A DNA stretch of 64,000 nucleotides, from NCBI GenBank assembly GCA_034189955.1, contig JAXHTU010000002.1:2087-66086 (forward strand), given 5' to 3'. Source of the stretch: Pseudomonadota bacterium. Lineage in GTDB: Bacteria > Pseudomonadota > Alphaproteobacteria > Caulobacterales > Caulobacteraceae. A program made the translations under genes and the position numbers. Position 1 is the first letter of the stretch, and every line of letters starts with the position of its first letter. The notes under the pieces are model-generated. The model searched no databases. It was not told the DNA's origin and saw only the letters and a list, made by a program, of their open reading frames with translations. Shown in pieces: positions 50,619 through 60,110 of the stretch.

Positions 50619-51578
50619 ATGACGGGGACGAAGCGGCGAACCGTGCTGCTGGGACTGGGCTCGGCCCTCGCCGCCGCTCTCGGCCCCCAAGGATGCACGC
50701 GCGCGCCCTCGACCGGCCTGCGCGGCGATGTCGTCGCCGCCGGCCAGCCCGCCGCCCTGCTGATCTGGGCCGTCGCCCCGGAGCGTCTGGCCGGCTGGCC
50801 GCGCCGGCTCGACGACGCCGCCCTCGCCGCCCTGCCCGCCGCCGCCGCCCTCCTCCCCGAGATCGGCAGCCTCGCGGGCGGCGGGCGGGCCGCCTCGCCC
50901 GAGGCGATCGCCGCGCTGAAGCCGCGGCTGGTGATCGATTACGGCGACACCGATCCCGAGTATCAGGCTCTGGCGACTCGCATGAAGACCCGGCTGGGCG
51001 TCGACTGGCGGCTGATCGACGGAAGCCTGACCCAAATCCCCGAGGCCCTGCGCGAGGCCGGCCGCCTGCTCGACGCGCGGCCCCGGGCCGAGGCCCTGGC
51101 CGAGGTCGCGACACGGACGATCGAGCGCTGGCGCGCCGCGCCGCCCGGCCCCGCCTTCTACTACGCCCGCGGCGCCGACGGGCTGGAGACCGGCTTTCGC
51201 GGCGCCCTCGCCACCGAGGTGCTGGAGGGCGCCGGCTGGACCAATGTCGCCGCAGGCTCGCGCGACATCGGCCGCGTCACCCGCGAACAGGTCGTCGCCT
51301 GGGACCCCGAGGTCGTCGTCACCCTCGATGCGGACTTCGCCCGGGCCGCGGCGCGGGATCGGGTGTGGCGCCGACGGCCCGGCGGCGACCGGCGCGGCAT
51401 CCTGTTGCTGCCGTCGACGCCGTTCGGCTGGATCGATCGCCCGCCGTCGGTCAACCGCCTGCTCGGCTGCGCCTGGCTGGCCGACCCCCACGCCAATTCG
51501 CTGGAGCTGACCCTGCTCGGCCGCCGCCTGTACGGCCTCGGCCCGGCCGAGACGCCCAGCCCCAGGTGGGTTCGCTGA
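50619..51578 (+). CDS. Class III (BtuF/FecB-like) ABC substrate-binding protein
   Basis: KRRTVLLG signal with a possible lipobox; EAIAALKPRLVI, EQVVAWDPEVVV, PFGWIDRPPSVNR. Confidence 0.78.
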   Translation: MTGTKRRTVLLGLGSALAAALGPQGCTRAPSTGLRGDVVAAGQPAALLIWAVAPERLAGWPRRLDDAALAALPAAAALLPEIGSLAGGGRAASPEAIAALKPRLVIDYGDTDPEYQALATRMKTRLGVDWRLIDGSLTQIPEALREAGRLLDARPRAEALAEVATRTIERWRAAPPGPAFYYARGADGLETGFRGALATEVLEGAGWTNVAAGSRDIGRVTREQVVAWDPEVVVTLDADFARAAARDRVWRRRPGGDRRGILLLPSTPFGWIDRPPSVNRLLGCAWLADPHANSLELTLLGRRLYGLGPAETPSPRWVR

Positions 51579-52564
51579 ACACCCTGCGAACATGGGCGCC
51601 GCCGCTGGCCCTCGCCGGTCTGGCCCTGCTCGGAGCGGTCGCGGTGCTGGCCACGGGCCCGCTCGCCGCCTCGCCGGCCGCCCTGCTCGCCGCCGCGCTT
51701 GGCCACGGCCCGCAGGACGCCGAGCTGGCTCTCGCCCTGCGCGGCCCGCGTCTGCTCGCGGCCATGAGCTGCGGCGCCGCCCTCGCCGGAGCCGGCGCCG
51801 GCTTCCAGATCCTGTTCCGCAACCCCCTCGCCTCGCCCGACCTGCTGGGCGTCACCTCCGGGGCCGGCTTCGGCGCCGCCCTCGCCCTGCTGTTCGGCGC
51901 CGGCGCCTTTCTGGTGCAGAGCGCGGCCTTCGCCGGCGGCCTCGCCACCGGCGCCCTCGCCATCGTCTGCGCCGCCCTGACCCGCAGCGGCGACGCCCGC
52001 CTCGCCCTGATCCTGTGCGGCATCGTCGCCGGCGCCCTGGCCACGGCCGGGCTCGGCCTGGTGGTGATCGTCGCCGAGCCCTATTCCCAGCTGCCGTCGA
52101 TCACCTACTGGCTGCTCGGTTCCTTCACCCGCGCGACCGCCGAAGAGGCCGCCCTCGCCCTCGCCCCCATCGGACTCGGCGCGCTGATCCTGCTGGGCCT
52201 CGGCTTCCGCCTCGACGTCCTGTCCCTCGGCGACGAACAGGCCCGCTCCCTCGGTCTCCGCGCCGCGCCCCTGCGCCTGCTGGCCCTCGCCGCCGCCGCC
52301 CAGATGACCTCGGCCGCGGTCGGCGTGGCCGGGGTGGTCGGCTGGGTCGGCCTGTTGGCCCCCCACGCCGCGCGGCGCATCGTCGGCGAGCGCGCCGGGG
52401 CCCTGATCCCGGCCGCCATGGCCGTCGGCGCCCTGTTCGCCCTGCTGATCGACCGGCTGTCGACCGCCTTCGGCCCGGCCGAGCTGCCCGTCGGCCTGCT
52501 GTCCGCCGCCGTCGGGGCCCCCGCCTTCCTGATCCTGTTCATCGCCACATCGAGGCGAACGTGA
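51566..52564 (+). CDS. FecCD/BtuC-family ABC permease
   Basis: LRGPRLLAA, FQILFRNPLASPDLLGVTSGA, LSLGDEQARSLG, GVVGWVGLLAPH. Confidence 0.88.
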   Translation: MGSLNTLRTWAPPLALAGLALLGAVAVLATGPLAASPAALLAAALGHGPQDAELALALRGPRLLAAMSCGAALAGAGAGFQILFRNPLASPDLLGVTSGAGFGAALALLFGAGAFLVQSAAFAGGLATGALAIVCAALTRSGDARLALILCGIVAGALATAGLGLVVIVAEPYSQLPSITYWLLGSFTRATAEEAALALAPIGLGALILLGLGFRLDVLSLGDEQARSLGLRAAPLRLLALAAAAQMTSAAVGVAGVVGWVGLLAPHAARRIVGERAGALIPAAMAVGALFALLIDRLSTAFGPAELPVGLLSAAVGAPAFLILFIATSRRT

Positions 52565-53268
52565 GCGCCCTCGTCCTCGAGGCCCTCATCGCAGGCCGCG
52601 CCGGCTTCCGCCTGCCGGCCCTCGACTTCGCCGCCCGCCCCGGCGAGGTCGTCGCCCTGATCGGCGCCAACGGCGCCGGCAAGACCACCCTGATGAAGAC
52701 CCTCGCCGGCCTGATCCCGCCCGTCGCCGGCCGCATCGACCGCCCCGGCGCCGTGGCCTATCTGCCCCCGCCCGGCGCCGTCTCCGCCAGCTTCTCCGCC
52801 CTGCACCTGACCGCCCTCGGCCGCGCCGCCCGGCGTCGCTGGTCCCCCGGCCTCGCCGCCGAAGACATCGAGACCGCCCGCGCCGCCCTGACCCGGCTCG
52901 ACATCGCCGGCCTCGCCGACCGCCCGTTCGACCGCCTGTCCAGCGGCCAGCAGCAGCTGGTCCTGATCGCCCGCCTGTTCGTTCAGGAGGCCCCCGTCTG
53001 CCTGCTCGACGAGCCCTTGGCCCTGCTCGACCCGGCCCATGCCCGAGCGGTCGAGACGGCCGTCCGGGCCCTCGCCGCCGAGGGCCGCATCGTCCTGGCC
53101 TCCAGCCACCACCTGCCCTTCGCCGCCCGCTCCGACCGCGTCCTGGCCATCGGCCCCGGCGGGATCGAGTCGGCGCCGCCGTCGCAGGCCATCACGCCGG
53201 ACCGCATCCGCGCCTTGTTCGGCGTCGAGGTCTCCGGGTGCCCGTGCTGCGGTCAGGCCCTGAGTTGA
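52561..53268 (+). CDS. ABC transporter ATP-binding protein
   Basis: GANGAGKTT, LSSGQQQ, LLDEP, SSHH. Confidence 0.88.
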   Translation: MSALVLEALIAGRAGFRLPALDFAARPGEVVALIGANGAGKTTLMKTLAGLIPPVAGRIDRPGAVAYLPPPGAVSASFSALHLTALGRAARRRWSPGLAAEDIETARAALTRLDIAGLADRPFDRLSSGQQQLVLIARLFVQEAPVCLLDEPLALLDPAHARAVETAVRALAAEGRIVLASSHHLPFAARSDRVLAIGPGGIESAPPSQAITPDRIRALFGVEVSGCPCCGQALS

Positions 53269-53278
53269 GGGAGACGGC

Positions 53279-53479
53279 TCAGACCTCGACCAGATCCAGC
53301 CGGCGTTCGATCCGGTCCAGTCGCTGGCCAAAATGGTCCATCTGACGGGTCATCGACACGAAATTCTCTTCCATCGAGGTCATGCGCGTCTTCAAATGGC
53401 GCATGTCCTCCTTGAGGTTCGAGATATCCTCCTGGATGCGTTGAAGCATCGGAACGACAATGTCGGTCACCTCTGACAT
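53279..53479 (-). CDS. 66-aa coiled-coil protein
   Basis: Heptad pattern LQRIQEDISNLKEDMRHLKTRM..LDRIERRLDL; ~55% GC by hand count. Confidence 0.65.
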   Translation of the reverse strand: MSEVTDIVVPMLQRIQEDISNLKEDMRHLKTRMTSMEENFVSMTRQMDHFGQRLDRIERRLDLVEV

Positions 53480-53513
53480 GATGCGAACATAGCGTGAAAA
53501 CGGAGACTCGCCA

Positions 53514-54572
53514 ATGACCCGCTGCTTCGCGGCCCTTGCCCTTCTGGCTCTCACCGCCGCGCCGGCCGCCGCCCAGGAGCCCGCCCGCTGGTCCTTCGCC
53601 ATCCACGGCGGCGCGGGCGTCATCGAGCGCGACAGCCTGACGCCCGAACAGGACGCCGCCTACCGCGCCGCCCTGCACCGCGCCCTGGCCGCCGGTTCGG
53701 CCATCCTCGCCGACGGCGGCTCGGCCCTCGACGCCATCCAGGCCGCCATCGAGATCATGGAGGACGATCCCCTGTTCAACGCGGGGCGGGGCGCGGTCTT
53801 CACCGCCGCCGGCCGCAACGAACTGGACTCCGCGATCATGAACGGCGCCGACCGGACCGCCGGCGCCGTCGCCGGCCTGACCACCACCCGCCACCCGATC
53901 GCCGCCGCCCGCGCGGTGATGGAGCAGTCGCCGCACGTCATGCTGATCGGCGAGGGCGCGGACACATTCGCCGCCTCGGTCGGGCTGGAGCAGGTCGACC
54001 CGGCCTTCTTCTTCACCGAGCGCCGCTGGCAGGGGCTCGAGCGCGACCTGCGCCGGCAGAACCTGCCGATCCCGGCGCGTCCCGAGGGCGCGCCCGGCCC
54101 GCAGGCCGCCAACGACCTGCCGCAGCCGCCCCTGAACGAGCGCAAATTCGGCACCGTCGGGGCGGTGGCGCTCGACAGCCAGGGCCGCCTCGCGGCGGGC
54201 ACCTCGACTGGCGGCATGACCGCCAAACGCTGGGGCCGGGTCGGCGACGTGCCGGTGATCGGCGCCGGCACCTACGCCTCCAACGCCGACGGCTGCGCCG
54301 TCTCGGCCACCGGCTCGGGCGAGTATTTCATCCGCGCCACCGTCGCCCGCGACATCTGCCACCGCACCGCCGCCGGCGCGACCGCCCAGGCCGCCGCCGA
54401 GGCCGAGATCGCCGACGTCGGCTCGATCGGCGGCGACGGCGGCGTCATCGTCATGGGTCTGGACGGAACCCCGGCCTTCGCCATCAACACCTCCGGCATG
54501 TATCGCGGCGCCGTCTCGGCCGATGCGCCCGCCGCCGTGGCCATCTATGGCGACGAGGCCCTGCGCCCGTGA
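53514..54572 (+). CDS. Isoaspartyl peptidase / L-asparaginase (Ntn hydrolase), exported
   Basis: Signal peptide; AIHGGAG, FNAGRGA, FGTVGAVALD (autocleavage Thr), TSTGG, GRVGD, ATGSGE. Confidence 0.92.
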   Translation: MTRCFAALALLALTAAPAAAQEPARWSFAIHGGAGVIERDSLTPEQDAAYRAALHRALAAGSAILADGGSALDAIQAAIEIMEDDPLFNAGRGAVFTAAGRNELDSAIMNGADRTAGAVAGLTTTRHPIAAARAVMEQSPHVMLIGEGADTFAASVGLEQVDPAFFFTERRWQGLERDLRRQNLPIPARPEGAPGPQAANDLPQPPLNERKFGTVGAVALDSQGRLAAGTSTGGMTAKRWGRVGDVPVIGAGTYASNADGCAVSATGSGEYFIRATVARDICHRTAAGATAQAAAEAEIADVGSIGGDGGVIVMGLDGTPAFAINTSGMYRGAVSADAPAAVAIYGDEALRP

Positions 54573-55075
54573 CCGCCTCGCGCGACATCCCCGGCGTGAT
54601 CGCCCCGCCGCCGCTGATCTATCTCGGCTTCCTGCTGCTCGGCTGGCTGATCTATCGCTATGGCGCGCCGGCCATGGGCCCGGAGGCCGCCGCCTGGCTG
54701 ACCCTCGGCTTCGGGCTGGAGACTTCCTTCCGCCGCGGCCTCGCCCTCGTCCTGATCGTCGGAGGTCTGGTGCTGGACGGCGCCGCCGCCGGGGCCTTCC
54801 GCCGCCTCGGCACCCCACCCGAGCCGTGGAAGCCGACCACCGCCCTGGCCACCGGCGGCCTCTACCGCTTCAGCCGCAACCCCATCTATCTGGGCTTCGC
54901 CATCACCTACGCCGGCTTCGCCATCGCCATGGACAGCCTCCTCGTCCTGCTGCTGCTGATCCCCTGCCTGTGGGTCGTCCAGCGCTTCGTCATCGCCCGC
55001 GAGGAGCGCTATCTGTCGGCCCGCTTCGGCGCCGACTACGACGCGTATCGCGCCCGGGTGCGCCCATGGCTGTAG
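54569..55075 (+). CDS. Isoprenylcysteine carboxyl methyltransferase / PEMT family membrane protein
   Basis: LATGGLYRFSRNPIYLG, REERYLSARFGADY..Y..RVRPWL. Confidence 0.85.
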   Translation: MTASRDIPGVIAPPPLIYLGFLLLGWLIYRYGAPAMGPEAAAWLTLGFGLETSFRRGLALVLIVGGLVLDGAAAGAFRRLGTPPEPWKPTTALATGGLYRFSRNPIYLGFAITYAGFAIAMDSLLVLLLLIPCLWVVQRFVIAREERYLSARFGADYDAYRARVRPWL

Positions 55076-55338
55076 CCCCCGACCCGCGCGACGAGCTGTC
55101 GCTGATGGCCATGGAGGAACTCGACGCCGCCTGCGCCCTCGCCTGGCCCGAGATCAAGTCCATCACCCCGTGGGGCGACAGCTTCACCGGCTTCGCCCCT
55201 TCAGGGCGCGAGGTCGAGATCGAGCGCCGCTACCTCTGGGCCCACGAGCCGGAAGGCTCCGTCTCGGTCGAGGTCGAGGTGCGCGACGTCGGCGCCCGCA
55301 CCGGCGCCGAGGCCAAGGCCCTGATCACCCCCAGCTGA
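55066..55338 (+). CDS. Hypothetical protein (90 aa)
   Basis: Host-like codon usage; overlaps the upstream stop; no known motif. Confidence 0.6.
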   Translation: MAVAPDPRDELSLMAMEELDAACALAWPEIKSITPWGDSFTGFAPSGREVEIERRYLWAHEPEGSVSVEVEVRDVGARTGAEAKALITPS

Positions 55339-55428
55339 CCCGCGCGCGTTAACCTTTACCGTTGCCAAGCGGCGCGGCGGCGGCAAGATGGCGCTCCACG
55401 AACGACGGTCGTTCGACGGGGAGGCTGC

Positions 55429-56145
55429 ATGTCCTATGCCGACGACTTCGCCGGCGCCGATCCGGCCGGCGCCCCCCTCGACCCGACCGTCATGATCGGC
55501 GCCGACTCCGTCTTCTGGGGGGCCGTCGGGCTCGCCCTGGTCGTGGCCGGCCTGATCGGCTGGCTGATCGGCGCCCGTTCCCGCGGCCGGGAAGCCGACG
55601 CCGCCGCCGCCATCTGGGACGCGATCGACCACGCCGGCAAGGCGGCCATGCAGGCCGACACCGACGCCCTGCCGGCCCATGCCGCCGAACTGCGGCGGGT
55701 CCTGCGCGCCCGGCTCGGCAAGACCCTCGCCTTCGGCGGCGAGGTCGACAAACGCGCCAGGCTCCTCGACACGGCCCTTGAGGGCGAGGCCGCCGACCCG
55801 CCGCCTCATCCCGCCGCCCCGGGCCCCGCCCCCGACGGGGCGCACGGTCCCGGGGAGCCGACCCACGGCGCCGCGCCCCCGGTCGCCGCCAGCGTGACCA
55901 TCGTCTCGGTCCACGCCCCCCCGGCCCCGGCCCCGGCCCATCCGCACCCGCACCCGCCCGCGCGCGACGAACGGCCGATGTCGACGAAGGCGCGCAACGA
56001 CGCCCTGCGCCTCGCCGTCGCCGCCTTCAACGACCACTGGCGCCACCGGTCCGCCCGCGAGGGCGAGATGCGCGCCGTCCTCGCCGAACTTTGCGACCCC
56101 GGCCCGCGCCGTCCGCACCCCGGTCCCGGCGGCAAGACCCACTGA
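55429..56145 (+). CDS. Single-TM hypothetical protein with a Pro/His-rich linker
   Basis: GGGAGG RBS; TM FWGAVGLALVVAGLIGWLIG; PAPAPAHPHPHP tract. Confidence 0.65.
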   Translation: MSYADDFAGADPAGAPLDPTVMIGADSVFWGAVGLALVVAGLIGWLIGARSRGREADAAAAIWDAIDHAGKAAMQADTDALPAHAAELRRVLRARLGKTLAFGGEVDKRARLLDTALEGEAADPPPHPAAPGPAPDGAHGPGEPTHGAAPPVAASVTIVSVHAPPAPAPAHPHPHPPARDERPMSTKARNDALRLAVAAFNDHWRHRSAREGEMRAVLAELCDPGPRRPHPGPGGKTH

Positions 56146-56191
56146 CGACACCCTGTTCCCCCCGCCGCAGAAACCCCCTAAGCCTTGAGCC

Positions 56192-57208
56192 ATGAAACTC
56201 GCCTCGCTCAAGCACGGCCGCGACGGCCGCCTCGTCATCGTCTCGAACGACCTCGCCTGGTTCACCGACGCCTTCCTGATCGCCCCGACCCTGCAGGCGG
56301 CGCTCGACGACTGGGACCGGGTCGAGCCGGACCTGCGCGCCCTGTCCGAAAGTCTCGAACACGGCGGCGTGCCGCGCGGCCGCTTCCACGAGCGCGAGGC
56401 CGCCTCGCCCCTGCCGCGCGCCTATCAGTGGGCGGACGGCTCGGCCTATGTGAACCACGTCGCCCTCGTGCGTCAGGCCCGCGGCGCCGAAATGCCCGAC
56501 AGCTTCTGGACCGACCCGCTGATGTACCAGGGCGGCTCCGACGGCTTCCTCGCCCCGCGCGATCCGATCCCCCTGGCCGACGAGAGCTGGGGCTGCGACC
56601 TCGAGGCCGAGGTCGTGGTGGTCACCGGCGACGTGCCCCAGGGCGTGTCGCGTGAAGAGGCCCTCGCCTGCATCCGCCTCGTCGGCCTCGTCAACGACGT
56701 CAGCCTGCGCAACCTGATCCCGGCCGAACTGGCCAAGGGCTTCGGCTTCGTCCAGTCCAAGCCGGCCTCGGCCCTGTCGCCGGTGTTCGTCACCCCGCGC
56801 GCCCTCGGCGACCGCTGGCAGGACGGCAAGCTCAAGGGCGAGCTCAACGTTCAGCTCAACGGCGCGGACTTCGGCAAGGCCGACGCCGCGACCGACATGA
56901 CCTTCGACTTCGGAACCCTGATCGCCCATCTGGCGAAGACCCGCGCCCTGTGCGCCGGCACCATCATCGGCTCGGGCACCGTCTCCAACCGCGACGCCGA
57001 CGGCGGTCCGGGCAAGCCGGTCAGCGAGGGCGGCCTCGGCTATTCCTGCATCGCCGAGGTCCGCACCGTCGAGACCCTGCTCCACGGCAAGCCGACGACG
57101 CCCTTCCTCAAGCACGGCGACACCGTCCGCATCGAGATGCTGGACGACGACCACCACTCCCTGTTCGGCGCCATCGAACAGATGGTGTCAGCGACGCCGC
57201 TCGGCTAA
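56192..57208 (+). CDS. Fumarylacetoacetate hydrolase family protein
   Basis: MKLASLKHGRDG, YQWADGSAY, DLEAE, NDVSLR, QSKPAS, IIGSGTVSN. Confidence 0.88.
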   Translation: MKLASLKHGRDGRLVIVSNDLAWFTDAFLIAPTLQAALDDWDRVEPDLRALSESLEHGGVPRGRFHEREAASPLPRAYQWADGSAYVNHVALVRQARGAEMPDSFWTDPLMYQGGSDGFLAPRDPIPLADESWGCDLEAEVVVVTGDVPQGVSREEALACIRLVGLVNDVSLRNLIPAELAKGFGFVQSKPASALSPVFVTPRALGDRWQDGKLKGELNVQLNGADFGKADAATDMTFDFGTLIAHLAKTRALCAGTIIGSGTVSNRDADGGPGKPVSEGGLGYSCIAEVRTVETLLHGKPTTPFLKHGDTVRIEMLDDDHHSLFGAIEQMVSATPLG

Positions 57209-57244
57209 CGTCCCAATCTCCGGTTGAGGATGGAGCGCCGTTCA

Positions 57245-57988
57245 ATGCTTGTGATCGCCCTTGCCTCGCTGCTGACGCAGACGCCTCCCGCGCCGCCGCC
57301 GCCCAACTGGATCGCGGCCGGGGACGAGGAGACCGTGGCGGCGGTGCTGGTTTATGATCACGGGCTCTCCGTGGTCGTCCTGTGCCGCGACGACCGGCTC
57401 GAAACCCGCATCGGCGGCCTCCCCGCCAGCGCCGCCGATATCCGGACGCTGGAGATCAATCTGCCTGACGTCGCCCTGCGCGCGTCCACATGGATTGTCG
57501 GCGCGGACCGGACGACCGCGCTGAGCACCGCGCCCGCTGTCTATGCGCGCCGGCTGCGCGACGTCGGACGGCTCACGGTCCGGATTCCACCCGAGGGGGA
57601 AGGTCGCGCGGTCCGCTACGAACTTCCGACGCCCGAGGCGCACGAGCCCCTCGACGCCGTCCTGACGGCGTGCGGTACGCCGTTGGACGACGCGGACGAT
57701 GCGGCCTACACGCCGGAAACGCCACTCCTCACCTGGGCGAATCCCCCGTCGCCGCAGTACCCGACAGGGGCGAACGCCGCGTCGGGCGCCGTGCAACTGA
57801 GCTGTCTTGCCGAGGTGGGGGGACGGCTCAGGGATTGCGAGGTCGCAGCGGAAAGTCCGTCGTTGCAAGGATTTGGCCGTGCCGCGTTGAAGGGCGCCGA
57901 GAGAGCCCGGCTCTCCCGGGTCGACGGGCAGGAGATCACGGCGCCGCAAACCGTTTCGTTCACCGTTCGCTTCCGCATACGCCGTTAG
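57245..57988 (+). CDS. Exported protein with a C-terminal TonB_C-like domain
   Basis: C-terminal PSPQYP..GAVQLSCLAEVGGRLRDCEVAAESP..FGRAAL..V.F. Confidence 0.6.
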   Translation: MLVIALASLLTQTPPAPPPPNWIAAGDEETVAAVLVYDHGLSVVVLCRDDRLETRIGGLPASAADIRTLEINLPDVALRASTWIVGADRTTALSTAPAVYARRLRDVGRLTVRIPPEGEGRAVRYELPTPEAHEPLDAVLTACGTPLDDADDAAYTPETPLLTWANPPSPQYPTGANAASGAVQLSCLAEVGGRLRDCEVAAESPSLQGFGRAALKGAERARLSRVDGQEITAPQTVSFTVRFRIRR

Positions 57989-58067
57989 GTTCGCCCGCGC
58001 CGGATTGCCTCGCCGCCCGGCCCGCGCTACCTGTCCGCCCTGCCTCCGAGACTTCCTGACGGCCTGT

Positions 58068-58152
58068 GCGGGCGTGGTGGAATTGGTAGACGCGCCGGAC
58101 TCAAAATCCGGTTCCGAAAGGAGTGCCGGTTCGACCCCGGCCGCCCGCACCA
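58068..58152 (+). tRNA. tRNA-Leu(CAA)
   Basis: Acceptor GCGGGCG/CGCCCGC, anticodon arm CCGGA-CTCAAAA-TCCGG, long variable arm, encoded CCA. Confidence 0.96.
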
Positions 58153-58357
58153 CGCCTCTTCTCCTGCAAGTTCGGCCTTGCGCCAAAGGCGGACACCGGG
58201 GGACGCGCGGCAGCCGGACATTCACCGAGCAGGCCGGCGAGACCTGGCCCATCCGCTCCTGATCGAGATGGAACGTCTCGACCCCGAGATTGCTGATAGA
58301 TGCAGCCGGCGCCTGGACGCGGGTTGCTCCAGGCACCCCGCAGGCGAGGAGATCGAA

Positions 58358-59188
58358 ATGCGATCCGTGACGCTTCCCGACCATACCGAAGTCTCCGCCC
58401 TCGGACAGGGAACCTGGCGGATGGGCGAAGACGCAAGCCGCCGCAAACAGGAGATCGCCGCACTTCGCACCGGCATCGACCTCGGCATGACCCTGATCGA
58501 CACGGCCGAGATGTATGGCGACGGAGCGACCGAGACCCTGCTCGGCGAAGCCTTGGCCGAGGTTCGCGATCAGGTCTTCCTGGTCAGCAAGGTCTATCCG
58601 CATAACGCCGGGAGAGGCCGCCTCGAGAGGGCGTGCGAAGCCAGCCTGGAGCGGCTGAAGACCGATCGCCTCGACCTCTACCTGTTGCATTGGCGCGGCT
58701 CCGTGCCGCTCGACGAAACCATCGAAGGCATGGACGCCTTGATCAACGCCGGCAAGATCCGGCGATGGGGGGTCAGCAATTTCGATCGTGCGGATATGGA
58801 ACAACTGCTGCGCTCCGGCGGACAGGCCTGCATGACCAACCAGATCCTTTACAATGTGACGGAGCGTGGGGCGGAGTTCGATCTCCTGCCGCTACTTGCC
58901 GAGCATCACACGCCGGTCATGGCCTACAGTCCGATTGGCCAAGGCGAGCTGCCGACGTCCCCTAACCTTTCCGCCGTCGCCAGGCGCCACGACGCCACAC
59001 CGTTTCAGATCGCCCTGGCCTGGGTTCTTCGCGATCCCCAAATCATAGCCATCCCGAAGGCTGGCGCCGCCGCACATGTCGCCGACAATCGCCGCGCCCT
59101 GGACCTGTCGCTGACGTCGGAGGATCTCGCTGCGATTGACGCTGATTTCCCGGCCCCAACCCACAAGACGCGCCTCGCCATGCTCTGA
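58358..59188 (+). CDS. Aldo/keto reductase (YeaE-like)
   Basis: LGQGTWRMGE, IDTAEMYGDG, VSKVYP, DLYLLHW, WGVSNF, AYSP, IPKA. Confidence 0.92.
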   Translation: MRSVTLPDHTEVSALGQGTWRMGEDASRRKQEIAALRTGIDLGMTLIDTAEMYGDGATETLLGEALAEVRDQVFLVSKVYPHNAGRGRLERACEASLERLKTDRLDLYLLHWRGSVPLDETIEGMDALINAGKIRRWGVSNFDRADMEQLLRSGGQACMTNQILYNVTERGAEFDLLPLLAEHHTPVMAYSPIGQGELPTSPNLSAVARRHDATPFQIALAWVLRDPQIIAIPKAGAAAHVADNRRALDLSLTSEDLAAIDADFPAPTHKTRLAML

Positions 59189-59363
59189 CGAGCGCCGGCG
59201 GTTGCAAGGCGTACTCAAGCTCAGTCGTGCGCCGGAAGCGGGCGTTGGCCAGCTACCGGAGTGCAGACCCTGATCAGCCGGTCTCCGCTTGCCATGCTGC
59301 GTTATGACGTCTGCGGCCGGGAGAGGCGCCAAAGCCTGCATCGGGGCTTCACCATCCCCGCAA

Positions 59364-59852
59364 TCACCGCACGCCAGAGGCCAACCACAGGGCGCGGATC
59401 CGGTCCGCGCGGTCCCCGTCGCCGCATTCTTCCCCTCGCCCGGCCTTGAGGTCGGCAAGGCAACGATCGATCGCTGAAAGCTGCGCGGGACCAACCCCTC
59501 CGACAGGGACATGGATCAAGTTGATGCGCGAGGGCTGGCCGTCGAACGCAGCCGTATACTGGGTGACGGGTGTACTTCCCCGAGAGGCCATCGCCTCTCG
59601 TCGATAGTGACGCGCGGCCCCGACATTCGCTTCGACGCCATGCAGCCCGTGCTCAAGGATGATCGCATAGGTCAATTGCGCGCCCGGATCCCCGTCCGAC
59701 GCCCGCTGGGCCGAATCTTCGGGCTCCGGAGTCAAGGCGGCTTCCAGGGGGGCGAGAAAATCATCCCGCACGTCGGCCCCAAGCGTGGCGCAACCGGCAG
59801 CGAGTGCGCAGGACGCCAGCAGGCTAGTTAAGGACAGGGCCTTCGGCTTCAT
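59364..59852 (-). CDS. Lipoprotein with one Sel1-like repeat
   Basis: Lipobox LAAGC; GDPGAQLTYAIILEHGLHGVEANVGAARHYRREA resembles a Sel1 repeat. Confidence 0.6.
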   Translation of the reverse strand: MKPKALSLTSLLASCALAAGCATLGADVRDDFLAPLEAALTPEPEDSAQRASDGDPGAQLTYAIILEHGLHGVEANVGAARHYRREAMASRGSTPVTQYTAAFDGQPSRINLIHVPVGGVGPAQLSAIDRCLADLKAGRGEECGDGDRADRIRALWLASGVR

Positions 59853-59949
59853 AGCTGCGCACCTCGCGTCCGCCCCCGGGCGTCGCCGTGTGGAACTTGA
59901 AAGGTTTGCCTTCGAACACGCTCCCGGAGAGATCCCGATGTACGACAGC

Positions 59950-60110
59950 TTCAAGCAACCTTGGCGGCGTGTCGCCCCAAGGTCGACGGCCGCCCGGACG
60001 GCGTCCTCCTCCGGGTGGACGCAGCGCATGAACATCGCGACCGTCTTATGGGCCGTGAGGGTCCTTCCGATCCTGGTGGGTACGCCCGGGTTCTCGCCTG
60101 TATGGCGCCG
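59950..60110 (-). pseudogene. C-terminal remnant of a tyrosine recombinase
   Basis: RH..GVPTRIGRTLTAHKTVAMFMRCVHPEEDAVRAA; the expected catalytic Tyr position is Cys (TGC at 60021-60023); N-terminal part is missing. Confidence 0.8.
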
